This document shows positions 18,293-27,076 of a DNA stretch of 61,959 nucleotides, in pieces (position 1 is the first letter of the stretch; each line of letters starts with the position of its first letter). Source of the DNA: a virus (taxonomy: Duplodnaviria > Caudoviricetes); the IMG/VR virus record IMGVR_UViG_3300026274_000003, positions 1 through 61,959 of that record; one strand, written 5' to 3'. The position numbers were made by a program, and so were the translations under genes. Under the pieces are notes generated by a model. That model was not told the DNA's origin. It saw only the letters and a list, made by a program, of their open reading frames with translations, and made no database searches.

Positions 18293-19283
18293 AAAGATGA
18301 AAGATGAAACGCTAGCAGTTATTGATGGCGTTTTATCATCTGGCATCCTCCTTGACGGACCGCAGGTCAATAAACTGATTGACAATCTACAGTCAATGAC
18401 TGGTCGGAAACATGCGATTGTCACTCATAGTGGTACGGTCGCACTTCAAATCATTGCTGAATACTACAAGGTTCGACCTGTGGTATGTCTTCCAGCTATC
18501 AGTTTTCCCGCAACGGCAAATGCATTCGCAGTAGCCAATAACTTCATAAGATTCATTGACGTAGACAAATACGGCAACATGCTGCCAATAGCTAGTTCAT
18601 CTGATCTAGTATGTGCCGTAGGCTTGTATGGAATGCCTGTTGATCGTGACGCATTTAATGCAAAATACTTCGTCGAAGACGCATGCCAAAGCTGGCTCAG
18701 CCCTAAGCCAGGTACTCATACTCAAGTCATCAGTTTTGATCCCACCAAGAATCTAGCAAGCATCGGTAATGGTGGGGCAATTGTAACTAATGATGATGAT
18801 CTAGCGGTATTTGCCAAAGCATACATCAATCATGGTAAGACTGCTGATGGCTTCACTATGGCCGGATCGAATGTCAGAATGTCCGAGGTTGAATGTGCGG
18901 TACTGAATATGAAGTTCCAGTACATTGATCTTTGGCAGATGCGTAGACGAATAATGGCAAAGTTCATGATCAGTTTTCTTGACTGCCCCACATTAGTAGA
19001 TGCCAGCAATATTGAGATTCATGGATTGCAAAAGTTTGTTATCAGAGTTGATAACAGGGATGCGTTTGTTGCTGGTATGAAAGAACAGGGTATCGAATGC
19101 AAGATTCATTATCAGCAAGCACTTCCTGACTTGCCGCATTTGAAGAATGCACCAAAACCCAATTCTAACAATTACAAAACCTTCTTGAAGGAAGTGGTAA
19201 GTTTGCCGTTCTATCCTGAAATGTCAAACCTTCAAGTAGAACACATTGTCGCTTCAGTTAACAAATGCTTGCTGTTGAAGTAA
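18249..19283 (+). CDS. DegT/DnrJ/EryC1/StrS PLP aminotransferase
   Basis: SGTVAL, SFPATANA, EDACQS, SFDPTKNL..GNGGA, SLPFYPEM. Confidence 0.93.
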   Translation: MSGYIPFSNVKLQYEKMKDETLAVIDGVLSSGILLDGPQVNKLIDNLQSMTGRKHAIVTHSGTVALQIIAEYYKVRPVVCLPAISFPATANAFAVANNFIRFIDVDKYGNMLPIASSSDLVCAVGLYGMPVDRDAFNAKYFVEDACQSWLSPKPGTHTQVISFDPTKNLASIGNGGAIVTNDDDLAVFAKAYINHGKTADGFTMAGSNVRMSEVECAVLNMKFQYIDLWQMRRRIMAKFMISFLDCPTLVDASNIEIHGLQKFVIRVDNRDAFVAGMKEQGIECKIHYQQALPDLPHLKNAPKPNSNNYKTFLKEVVSLPFYPEMSNLQVEHIVASVNKCLLLK

Positions 19284-20275
19284 GCATTTAGCCAGTCCCA
19301 TTCATAGCTCAACATGAGCTTGCTGTAGTCACCCGACACAGTATCGAAATATTCCATAGCATCAAGTGCTCCCTTCTGACTCCATTCACCAAATGGAGCA
19401 TTGGAAGGACTCAACCAGACAGTCAATCGTTCCTGAGCTTTGGCATCGCCTTGGTTAATGTAAAGCTTGAGCTTCAAGGCTTCACGGAATGCAGTACGCC
19501 AGGTGTGTGTTGGGGAAGTGTTGAATACAGCAGTTCCTGACAACATTGGAATGGACTGATAGCTTTGCGCCAATGTGAAATCGATCTCATCAGCAGGATT
19601 TGCCAATACCAATCGTTTGTTATATGCGATAATGGCTTGATGCCCATAGACAAGTCCATTCACAGGATTCAACACCGTGAACACATAATGTCGATCTTCA
19701 TGTGTGGAACAATTCCACGACCAGTCAAATTCATGATTAATCTTGATTTTAGCAAAGACGGCAAAGAAGCAATGAGTGCCAGCTATTCTAGCTGCTTCCT
19801 TATATGCGGCTGCTCGACCATTTACCCCAGTTACGCGTAGAAGACGATTGGCGCATCCAGCAGTTAGCTGTTCAAGCTCCGCATAGTGCTCTTCCGCTGG
19901 AAGCTCTCCGTTTGATATAAAGACAATATCAAGAGGCTGGTTTACTACCGCGGAAGCAACGACATCAACGTGGTTAACCTCATCAAACATGGAGTCGGTT
20001 ATGGCTACTCGCTTTGGAACGAGCTTGATGCCATATGAACCATTCGTATTCAAGAATGCAAATACCCGATCCATCTTATCCTGATCAGCAACATAGTCAA
20101 AGTTGAATGTATCCAATACGACGGTGTCTTCCCATACCACCCAATAAAAACGAGTGAGAGACTTCTTCTTGGCATCAGCAATGGTTTCCACTCGTTTTGC
20201 CATAGGGAAACGGTCTTTGAGCTTTAAGAATTCTAGATGTTCTGGGTCTTTGGATATGAAGAAAAGATCATACAT
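19232..20275 (-). CDS. Two-domain GT-A/GT2-like protein with degenerate DxD
   Basis: Two DxxFIS repeats; NPVNGLVYG, WRTAFRE shared with 23089..24012; start at ATG 20275 chosen. Confidence 0.7.
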   Translation of the reverse strand: MYDLFFISKDPEHLEFLKLKDRFPMAKRVETIADAKKKSLTRFYWVVWEDTVVLDTFNFDYVADQDKMDRVFAFLNTNGSYGIKLVPKRVAITDSMFDEVNHVDVVASAVVNQPLDIVFISNGELPAEEHYAELEQLTAGCANRLLRVTGVNGRAAAYKEAARIAGTHCFFAVFAKIKINHEFDWSWNCSTHEDRHYVFTVLNPVNGLVYGHQAIIAYNKRLVLANPADEIDFTLAQSYQSIPMLSGTAVFNTSPTHTWRTAFREALKLKLYINQGDAKAQERLTVWLSPSNAPFGEWSQKGALDAMEYFDTVSGDYSKLMLSYEWDWLNAYFNSKHLLTEATMCST

Positions 20276-21167
20276 TTTTGAGATAAACTTCCTTTGTCCA
20301 CTGCGATTGCGCATTTGACTGTTCGGTAACGCCACACGCTTGCTTACATGTTGGATGTGGATCAGTATTCAACATTTCAATTACTTCGTCAATAACGTTA
20401 GTCATAGATCGTACACCGTAATCAACTTTCACGTCTGGCCTTATACCAATGTAACAACACGGAAAGTATTCTCCTAGAGAGTTCACATAGATACTTTTCT
20501 CGTTTAGAGCTTTACATACTACCGTTTCTGATGGAGTATAAACTTTGTCATTGACCTTTTTCAACCATTGTACCGTCTGATGCACTGGTCTAAGTGTTTC
20601 CTTCCTGCGAAAGATCGTGAACCCCATAGAAGTAGCCAATGCTTCTGCTTCCTCTACTTGATGTTGATTATGGTCGAACACTAGCATATCCCAATGAGCT
20701 TCCCCACCAGCAGCAATGAAAGCTTTGGCATTAGCCATAATCTTCGTCCATTGAGAATCACGGCGGTAGATATGATTGGTATCCTCTAGTCCATCTATAG
20801 ACCATATCACGGAACTGTTCTTACCCATCACAGTAGCCAGCTCAGTCCACCATTTTGGTGAGCGCAAGCTTCCGTTGGTATTCATACCCAGATTAATACC
20901 AGGATTGATCTCGCGGAAATAACGATAGATGTCAATGCAATCCTTAGCAGCGGCAGGCTCGCCGAAGTTACCACACATAAACATTCGATCCAAGTTACGG
21001 ATGAACTCTAGAGAGAAGGTATCTTTCGCCCTCTCTAGAGTCATATCACCATGTCGCAAGTAATCGTTAGGAAGATCTCCCTCAGTACGTGGGCATTGTG
21101 GACACCGTAAATTGCATGTTGATGTTGGCTCTAAGTGCAACATCTTTACATCGTCTAATAGTTTCAT
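20268..21167 (-). CDS. Radical SAM protein with twitch/SPASM-like C-terminus
   Basis: CNLRCPQC, GNFGEP, NTNG, SIDG, FPCC...CKQAC. Confidence 0.93.
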   Translation of the reverse strand: MKLLDDVKMLHLEPTSTCNLRCPQCPRTEGDLPNDYLRHGDMTLERAKDTFSLEFIRNLDRMFMCGNFGEPAAAKDCIDIYRYFREINPGINLGMNTNGSLRSPKWWTELATVMGKNSSVIWSIDGLEDTNHIYRRDSQWTKIMANAKAFIAAGGEAHWDMLVFDHNQHQVEEAEALATSMGFTIFRRKETLRPVHQTVQWLKKVNDKVYTPSETVVCKALNEKSIYVNSLGEYFPCCYIGIRPDVKVDYGVRSMTNVIDEVIEMLNTDPHPTCKQACGVTEQSNAQSQWTKEVYLKNV

Positions 21168-21179
21168 TGTTATCTCTTA

Positions 21180-21299
21180 ATGCGTATTGCTTCTGGGATT
21201 GTGGTAAAGAGCCACCATCAGCCTCCTTAATGTTTGCGCATACCCACTATACAACAGGATGGCAACCTGTTGGGGACGTAGCCATAACGTCTTGGTAGT
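21180..21299 (+). ncRNA. Structured non-coding region: hairpin plus three-way junction with complementary loops
   Basis: Stems atgcgta/tgcgcat, gtggt/gccac, actat/gtagt, caacagg/cctgttg, gggacgt/acgtctt; loops atggc and gccat are complementary. Confidence 0.5.
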
Positions 21300-21312
21300 T
21301 CGATATTTAGTC

Positions 21313-21439
21313 ACCAGAATCATGAGTTCTCCCTGGGTTTCACATCGTCCGTGAAGGGTCTCAAGTACCCTTGGAATCGATCATAACCTCATTGAATTCC
21401 TCTAGGAGAATGTTCCTGAGGATGGATATGTAGTTAAGG
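21313..21439 (+). ncRNA. Unknown structured element, copy 1
   Basis: 40/47 nt identical to 46922-46968 (manual alignment); nested stems gagttc/gaattc, gggtt/aacct, atcg/cgat, aagggt/accctt. Confidence 0.6.
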
Positions 21440-21457
21440 AAGACTGGTATTGGAGAG

Positions 21458-21575
21458 TAGCCACAATCGAGAGTTCTATCTGGGTTTGATGTCATTGGTA
21501 AAGGGTCCTAGAGGTCCATCTTTATGATAGAAACCTCCATGAAATGTCTTAGAGGGGGATGATATGTGGTAAAGG
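21458..21575 (+). ncRNA. Unknown structured element, copy 2 (tandem, ~147-nt period)
   Basis: aatc..gagttct..ctgggttt..aagggtc..aacctccatgaa..gatatgt.gt.aagg shared with copy 1; stem tgtcat/atgata replaces atcg/cgat. Confidence 0.55.
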
Positions 21576-21630
21576 TTCGAGAGGAGGGTAAGCTCACTAG
21601 ATTAGTTATAGAGTGGTTTAAATGATAAAG

Positions 21631-21658
21631 AAAAAGCCACCCGTAGTGGATGGCTTTT
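21631..21658. terminator. Bidirectional intrinsic terminator
   Basis: aaaaagcca-cccgtagtgga-tggctttt. Confidence 0.75.
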
Positions 21659-21676
21659 ATCTTATTTGTACTATGC

Positions 21677-23089
21677 TTATCGTTTGCTTAAGCACATGTT
21701 ATAGAAGTTGGTGAGTTCTGGGAACTGCTCTAGGAATTTAACCTTACGTCTAACCTCGTACTCTTCGTAGAATAGCGCGAAGTTTTTATGATGTTCTTCG
21801 AGCTTGTAATCGGGGTATGGTTCATACATATAAGCCAGTAGCCGTTCCATTTGATCTACTTCTTCCAGATAGAAGCGTCCCCGTTGATCTGGACTAGTTT
21901 TTCGTGTGTACTGTTGCATGAACTTTGATATACGTTCTTTGAACTCGTCTTTAATTTCGGTTGGGAGGACACGAACGTCTTGGAAGTCTGGCCATCGCAA
22001 ATAGTTGATCATCATTGGAACTCTATTCCAAGCATCAGCTTCATTGAATTCAACTCGCATATCCCAGATATCTTTCAAGAACAGGTCAAAGGTGCTTACG
22101 CTAAGGGCATTGAACGTAATCATGAAGTTTAGATTTGCTTTAGTGCTAGCCAAGAATCTACGGCAGTTGCTCATAAACTTATCATAGTTCATGCCTGTAC
22201 GGATGTAATCTGCTTGTTTACCGTGTGCTTCTGCACTTGTGTAAATGTCAATCTTGTTTACCAGGGGTGCAATTTCATTACAGTAGTTGATGAGTTTAGT
22301 AATCAGATCATCAGGAACCATCATATTGGTGTTGATTGAAATATTAAGTTCTTTACGTGGGTGTTCCTTGATGTATTCGAATACACGCCAAGTATGTTTG
22401 CTTAACAGTGGTTCGCCACCGGTAATGCGGAACGTGTCGAGATTCTGGTAAAGGTCTGGCCACCATTGCCAAAAAGCATCTACGTATGGGTTATGTTCCT
22501 TATGTGGAATTGGCATTTTTTGTACTGCTTTGAGTGAATCAAGACTGCCATTCAAATAAGTTGTGGGGTATGGACCATGACGTTCAATTTCTTCCATCCA
22601 CTTACTTGATACTTCGGGTGAGCAGTACATACATTTAAGATTGCAAGTGTTCTCAAATGCAACCTCAAGATATGAGGGCATGATGTTCTCACCGATACCA
22701 GAATCCAAGACTCTCTGTAGATGGGGATATGACCATTCCAAATTTGCACTTTTATATGTGCGATCACTTATATGGTCCCCGGGTAGATCTTCCACATTCC
22801 AGCAATATTGGCATTCTTTTGGGCGTTTACCATTCAGCATTTCTAAACGGCGATCCATTTTGAATTCTGTGTTATGCAATGCTGATGGATTTTTTTTAAT
22901 CTCTGACACTGGAATAATGTGTGTCATTGGATGATGACATGAGTGTGTATGCCCATTCATGAGATAAACGGTTGACTGCAACCACTTAGCCATGCACATG
23001 GTATTTGATTCGAATTTTTGTTCGATGTCGTCCATATTGCTTTTTAGCTTTATGATACGAATTTCGTTTTGTGATTTTTGTTCTGACAT
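21677..23089 (-). CDS. Twitch-domain radical SAM protein
   Basis: N-terminal CMAKW..HSCHH..CQYCW; CNLKCMYC; ITGGEPLL. Confidence 0.93.
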   Translation of the reverse strand: MSEQKSQNEIRIIKLKSNMDDIEQKFESNTMCMAKWLQSTVYLMNGHTHSCHHPMTHIIPVSEIKKNPSALHNTEFKMDRRLEMLNGKRPKECQYCWNVEDLPGDHISDRTYKSANLEWSYPHLQRVLDSGIGENIMPSYLEVAFENTCNLKCMYCSPEVSSKWMEEIERHGPYPTTYLNGSLDSLKAVQKMPIPHKEHNPYVDAFWQWWPDLYQNLDTFRITGGEPLLSKHTWRVFEYIKEHPRKELNISINTNMMVPDDLITKLINYCNEIAPLVNKIDIYTSAEAHGKQADYIRTGMNYDKFMSNCRRFLASTKANLNFMITFNALSVSTFDLFLKDIWDMRVEFNEADAWNRVPMMINYLRWPDFQDVRVLPTEIKDEFKERISKFMQQYTRKTSPDQRGRFYLEEVDQMERLLAYMYEPYPDYKLEEHHKNFALFYEEYEVRRKVKFLEQFPELTNFYNMCLSKR

Positions 23090-24012
23090 TAGTCATTCCT
23101 TAGTTTGAAACTTTCGCGAAAGAAGTCGCTAGCTTTGTCATCTAAAATTGGAAACAGAATTTTAGTTTGGCTTTCAATCCAATCGCCACATTCGCGAATA
23201 TTTTGATCCAAAAATGCTTCATCATACGTCCAACCAGTAGCTGTTTTCTTAATATCAAACAGCTCTGGGTTTGCAAAGTTCCATTCACTATCAAACCAGT
23301 CGTAGTCTCTGATTTGCGTGTAATCCCAATGAGGATCGATCATCTTCATAAGACCGAATCGAGTCCCATACATGGCCCATTTGCCGTATTGAACATCCGC
23401 CCCGACACAAGCCCAAATACGAAGGTTGCGTAGATTTACTGCATGCAACTTTGATTTCATCTCAGCAGCTTTGACTCGTTGTCCTTGATCCAAAGAAAGC
23501 TTTACTGCTTCTCGGTAACCAACACGCCATGCTTGATATGGGCTACCGTTGTTCCATACTTCACTGAATGTTTGATGTACTTGTTGATAGTCTTTTTCCC
23601 AACAGAAATCAACCGCTTTTCTAGGATCATCGCTGTTTTCATGTGAATTCATATTCAACACGAATTGCGTTGACCAGAGCTTCAAGCCGCCGTTACCATA
23701 CATCAAGCCATTTATGCCGTTGAGTGCGTTCCAGCTGAAGCTTTTGTTGATGTCTTTTTGTGGATCGAGATTGACCGTTTGGTCGAAGAATGACGGCAGT
23801 ACGATGTTGTCTGCATCAACGGTAATGAACCAATCAGTTTCGCTTTGTTCAGCACACGCACGATGCGCTTGGTCAAAGCCTTTGACGCCGTGGACACGTT
23901 TGGCCCATGGGCATTTGTCGAGTAGATCAGCCCAATGTTTTTCAGCATTGGGCTCGTCATACGATAGGAAGAAAATATCAAATTCAGTTAGCTGTCTTTT
24001 TTCGCTTGCCAT
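23089..24012 (-). CDS. GT-A (GT2-like) glycosyltransferase
   Basis: DIFFLSYDEPNA, RVHGVKG, TVDADN (DxD), NGLMYGNGG. Confidence 0.8.
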   Translation of the reverse strand: MASEKRQLTEFDIFFLSYDEPNAEKHWADLLDKCPWAKRVHGVKGFDQAHRACAEQSETDWFITVDADNIVLPSFFDQTVNLDPQKDINKSFSWNALNGINGLMYGNGGLKLWSTQFVLNMNSHENSDDPRKAVDFCWEKDYQQVHQTFSEVWNNGSPYQAWRVGYREAVKLSLDQGQRVKAAEMKSKLHAVNLRNLRIWACVGADVQYGKWAMYGTRFGLMKMIDPHWDYTQIRDYDWFDSEWNFANPELFDIKKTATGWTYDEAFLDQNIRECGDWIESQTKILFPILDDKASDFFRESFKLRND

Positions 24013-24916
24013 GTGGCTTCCTAATGAAAGCCAGGTCAGATGACAATGGATAGCTTGCTACGCCAAATGCCTGGTTTAAGTCTAAAGGCAATTGTAACGT
24101 AATTTTCTTATTTGAGCAAAGACTTTCAACATCAATTGGCAAGGCATCATATACCACATTGGGATCTTTAGGCATAGTCAGGAAGATGGGGCAATTAGCA
24201 GACGATGGCCAGTGCAAAACTGGTTTACCAATAATCTCGAGTGTCAATGTGTTTGCTTTGATATCATGTGTGGCTAATATGCCATCAGTAATTACTTGTT
24301 CCTTGTATGTAACCAATTTATTGAATCTTGAAGTAGGGACCACCTTTGATATGGTTTTTGGTACTTTGGAAATTTCTAAACTATTATAAATGAATACACG
24401 TTCACAGTAGATCGAATAGTCATTCAACTTGAATTCATGAGTAAATGATGCATAGCCTGTTTCAAAGAATTTATCAACATTTAATTCAAACACCGCAACA
24501 ATAACCGATGGATCTCGTTTTGGTGTAAGAGTGAATGCCATCGTATCACCTTTAATATGTCCAAACCTGAAGCCCCTAAAGTCGGCTGGTATAGAGAATT
24601 CAATTAATTTGTCGACTAATGCGATCGATACGATTAATCCGGGACCCATAATTGGCGTTTGGTGAATTTCAATAAATTCACCAACATTAATTGGAATCAT
24701 ACCCTTGGCATTTACTACCACCAATTCAAGTTCTTTTCCGTATTGCTTTCCGTAAATCCAGTCGTTGAGTTGCCATTCATGATTCAAGAATCGCAATGCC
24801 GTTTGTTCATCCATTTCAACAACGGAACATCCTGGGTGGTCATCTTCTAAAGGACGACCTGCTACTGAAAAGATCTTACCAGTATCAGCATCGTAATGAG
24901 CATAAAATATTGTCAT
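23984..24916 (-). CDS. Hypothetical protein
   Basis: 310-aa ORF coupled within operon; internal repeat LT.K.DP.V. Confidence 0.75.
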   Translation of the reverse strand: MTIFYAHYDADTGKIFSVAGRPLEDDHPGCSVVEMDEQTALRFLNHEWQLNDWIYGKQYGKELELVVVNAKGMIPINVGEFIEIHQTPIMGPGLIVSIALVDKLIEFSIPADFRGFRFGHIKGDTMAFTLTPKRDPSVIVAVFELNVDKFFETGYASFTHEFKLNDYSIYCERVFIYNSLEISKVPKTISKVVPTSRFNKLVTYKEQVITDGILATHDIKANTLTLEIIGKPVLHWPSSANCPIFLTMPKDPNVVYDALPIDVESLCSNKKITLQLPLDLNQAFGVASYPLSSDLAFIRKPHGKRKKTAN

Positions 24917-25773
24917 TTTAATTTAGTCTCATAGGATACAATCATTTCGTCAGTTAGAAAATCTTTGATGTGATAATGCAAAGGAGCAAGTTGACGATAG
25001 CGTCCAATCTTTAATGCCAAGTCATCGGTAAAATAAACACCAATGTGTTTTGTCCAATCTTCACTAACTGCTTGGCCTTCCCAGTTCTGTAGTTTGGTCT
25101 TCATATGTACAAAGTTTGGAAATTGACCGATCGGTAAGCATTCATCTTCAGCACCAATTAATCTGGTGGCAAGGGCAAACACTACATCAGTGGATAGTGC
25201 ATCAGGTCTTGGTTCTTGTAGAAATTCGAACCGGAAATGTTCCCAGTTATGGAAAATTGTTTCTGCCATATCGAACAGTTCTTTTGCCAAGTCACTATAT
25301 TTGAAATACATAAAGGCCGTATAGACGTTTGGTAGCTTGTTAGCAGTGAATGTCTTTCGGTAGTAGTCGCTAGTCGCTTCTTCCCCACGGTACGTCAAGG
25401 CGGTAGTCGCAAAGCATACATCTTGTTTAGCCAGGGTATCCCACCATAGATCGACGTTCTGCATGAACAACATATCAGTATCCAGCTTGATAGTTTCTTC
25501 GTATGGAGTCATGTGATATGCCTTCCATTCGTTTTCAAGTTTCCAGTCACTAGATTCTGCTGCATCGCCCCATGGTATTTCAATTATCTCATCAAAAGCC
25601 CATTTATATTCTTCTGGTATAACTTGCCCCGGCGTTATACCAATTGACAGATACGGTACGTCAATTTGTGTGGCTTTCAGACTAAGAGCTAATGCGTAGG
25701 CCATTCTGACGTAATCATGGGTGCCATTTTGGGCGAACGTAAAGAATCCGCGCTTGCGTTTAAATTCTCTCAT
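24913..25773 (-). CDS. GT8-like glycosyltransferase
   Basis: TPYEETIKLDTDML (DxD), STDVVFA, FVHMK. Confidence 0.75.
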   Translation of the reverse strand: MREFKRKRGFFTFAQNGTHDYVRMAYALALSLKATQIDVPYLSIGITPGQVIPEEYKWAFDEIIEIPWGDAAESSDWKLENEWKAYHMTPYEETIKLDTDMLFMQNVDLWWDTLAKQDVCFATTALTYRGEEATSDYYRKTFTANKLPNVYTAFMYFKYSDLAKELFDMAETIFHNWEHFRFEFLQEPRPDALSTDVVFALATRLIGAEDECLPIGQFPNFVHMKTKLQNWEGQAVSEDWTKHIGVYFTDDLALKIGRYRQLAPLHYHIKDFLTDEMIVSYETKLK

Positions 25774-26669
25774 TCTTTAACTCCATAAATGTCGATAAGC
25801 TTATCAGCGAACCGCAGAATTGAATACTTGTTCATAGCATGAACCGTGACACCCTTTACGTTATTGAGTCGATATAACCAATTCTGTGTTGGGTCGTTCA
25901 CAAAGAATTTTAACTGATTGTATGCCACATCAATTAGTTCATCGCAATCAAAACTAGATAAAATTACTGGTGATGGGAAACTAGAAAATTCGTTGTTTTC
26001 CAAGAAGCCGTTCAACATATGAATAGCAATCGAGAACGCATAGTCATTACGAAATAGCTTACCTGGGAATTCATAAACGTATTGAAAGTAAGCATACTGT
26101 GCTTTGATGTGAGCAACTAGATCGAACAATAGTTTCGCCCGTTCGCCCTTTCGGAAGTAGACTTGGGTTGCCCAATACATTGGAATACCCATACCATCCA
26201 AACGTATTTCATTCACATTTGGTTGTTTGTGTTCCAGTGTTACAACGTCACGATTGATCAAAACGTCTTCATCATTTTCCCACACCAGATCAAACATTGC
26301 ATCCTGAACTAACAAGTCACTATCAATCATGATTGTTTCGTCAAAAGGTGACAGATCATAAGCGGAACTGCGTGTACCATTGTTCCAATTAAGCTTCTTA
26401 GTGGTACTGGCCGAATCTCGAAAATTGCGTTGTGAATTACCGGTATTGACTTTGGTATAGTCGATGATAATGATATGTTGGAATGCATGATCAACCATAG
26501 TGTCGCCCATACTAGTTCTCAACCAATCAATAGTTCCTTTATCTGTGACTAGGCAAACGTCATTGAATTGACAGTTGGCTTTGATCATCAAGCTGCAACA
26601 GATTGCCAATTTGCCGTAATCAACTTCTTCGTTATTATGCGCGAAGATTAAAAATCCCTTAGTACTCAT
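25770..26669 (-). CDS. GT8-like glycosyltransferase (paralog of 24913..25773)
   Basis: SPFDETIMIDSDL (DxD), FRNDYAFSIA, VHAMNK. Confidence 0.75.
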   Translation of the reverse strand: MSTKGFLIFAHNNEEVDYGKLAICCSLMIKANCQFNDVCLVTDKGTIDWLRTSMGDTMVDHAFQHIIIIDYTKVNTGNSQRNFRDSASTTKKLNWNNGTRSSAYDLSPFDETIMIDSDLLVQDAMFDLVWENDEDVLINRDVVTLEHKQPNVNEIRLDGMGIPMYWATQVYFRKGERAKLLFDLVAHIKAQYAYFQYVYEFPGKLFRNDYAFSIAIHMLNGFLENNEFSSFPSPVILSSFDCDELIDVAYNQLKFFVNDPTQNWLYRLNNVKGVTVHAMNKYSILRFADKLIDIYGVKE

Positions 26670-27013
26670 TGATCAGTAGCCTGCTTTACTGATCTGGCTT
26701 TACGAAGCTTTTCAAACTCAAGATGGTATTCGTTGGTTGCTTCGAAATACTGACCCAAGATGGTGTCGTAGAATTCTTCTAGATTGGCGATCTTAACTGG
26801 ATTTTCACGAGCATCAACTAGCACTACTTCTTCAACGTCGCGACGCAACAATGCATCAACAAACGAGATCAGTTCTTGTGTGATTTTGAACATGCCGCCG
26901 TTATGGGCATATGTTAGCAAGTTTTCTAAGCGTAGCTTCAGATTTTGCTTTTGTTGGAATACGGTAACTTTGTAGTTAGAATATTCAAGTGCTTTTGTTA
27001 ATCGATCATCCAT
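26666..27013 (-). CDS. Conserved hypothetical protein
   Basis: ATG 27013 after GGAG; MDDRLTKALEYSNY...GGMFKIT. Confidence 0.75.
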   Translation of the reverse strand: MDDRLTKALEYSNYKVTVFQQKQNLKLRLENLLTYAHNGGMFKITQELISFVDALLRRDVEEVVLVDARENPVKIANLEEFYDTILGQYFEATNEYHLEFEKLRKARSVKQATDQ

Positions 27014-27017
27014 AAGG

Positions 27018-27070
27018 AAACTCCACTTGTAGTAATTTAACATTCTAACAAGTGGAGTTTATGGTGTCTA
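27018..27070 (-). promoter_or_regulatory. Sigma70-like promoter within a 13-bp inverted repeat that hides the SD
   Basis: Minus strand TAGACA-N17-TAGAAT; arms 27018-27030 and 27048-27060. Confidence 0.65.
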
Positions 27071-27076
27071 AATTAA

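Noticed and set aside
21246-21299. Purine riboswitch
   Set aside because: Kissing loops present but no J2/3 linker or conserved ligand-pocket nucleotides
21354-21372. Twister ribozyme P4/L4 (GGUCUCAAGU)
   Set aside because: Loop not conserved in copies 2 and 3; other twister elements could not be placed
21313-21575. CRISPR or TIGR array
   Set aside because: Only two long diverged units, no identical short repeats with spacers, no cas or Nop-domain gene in the window
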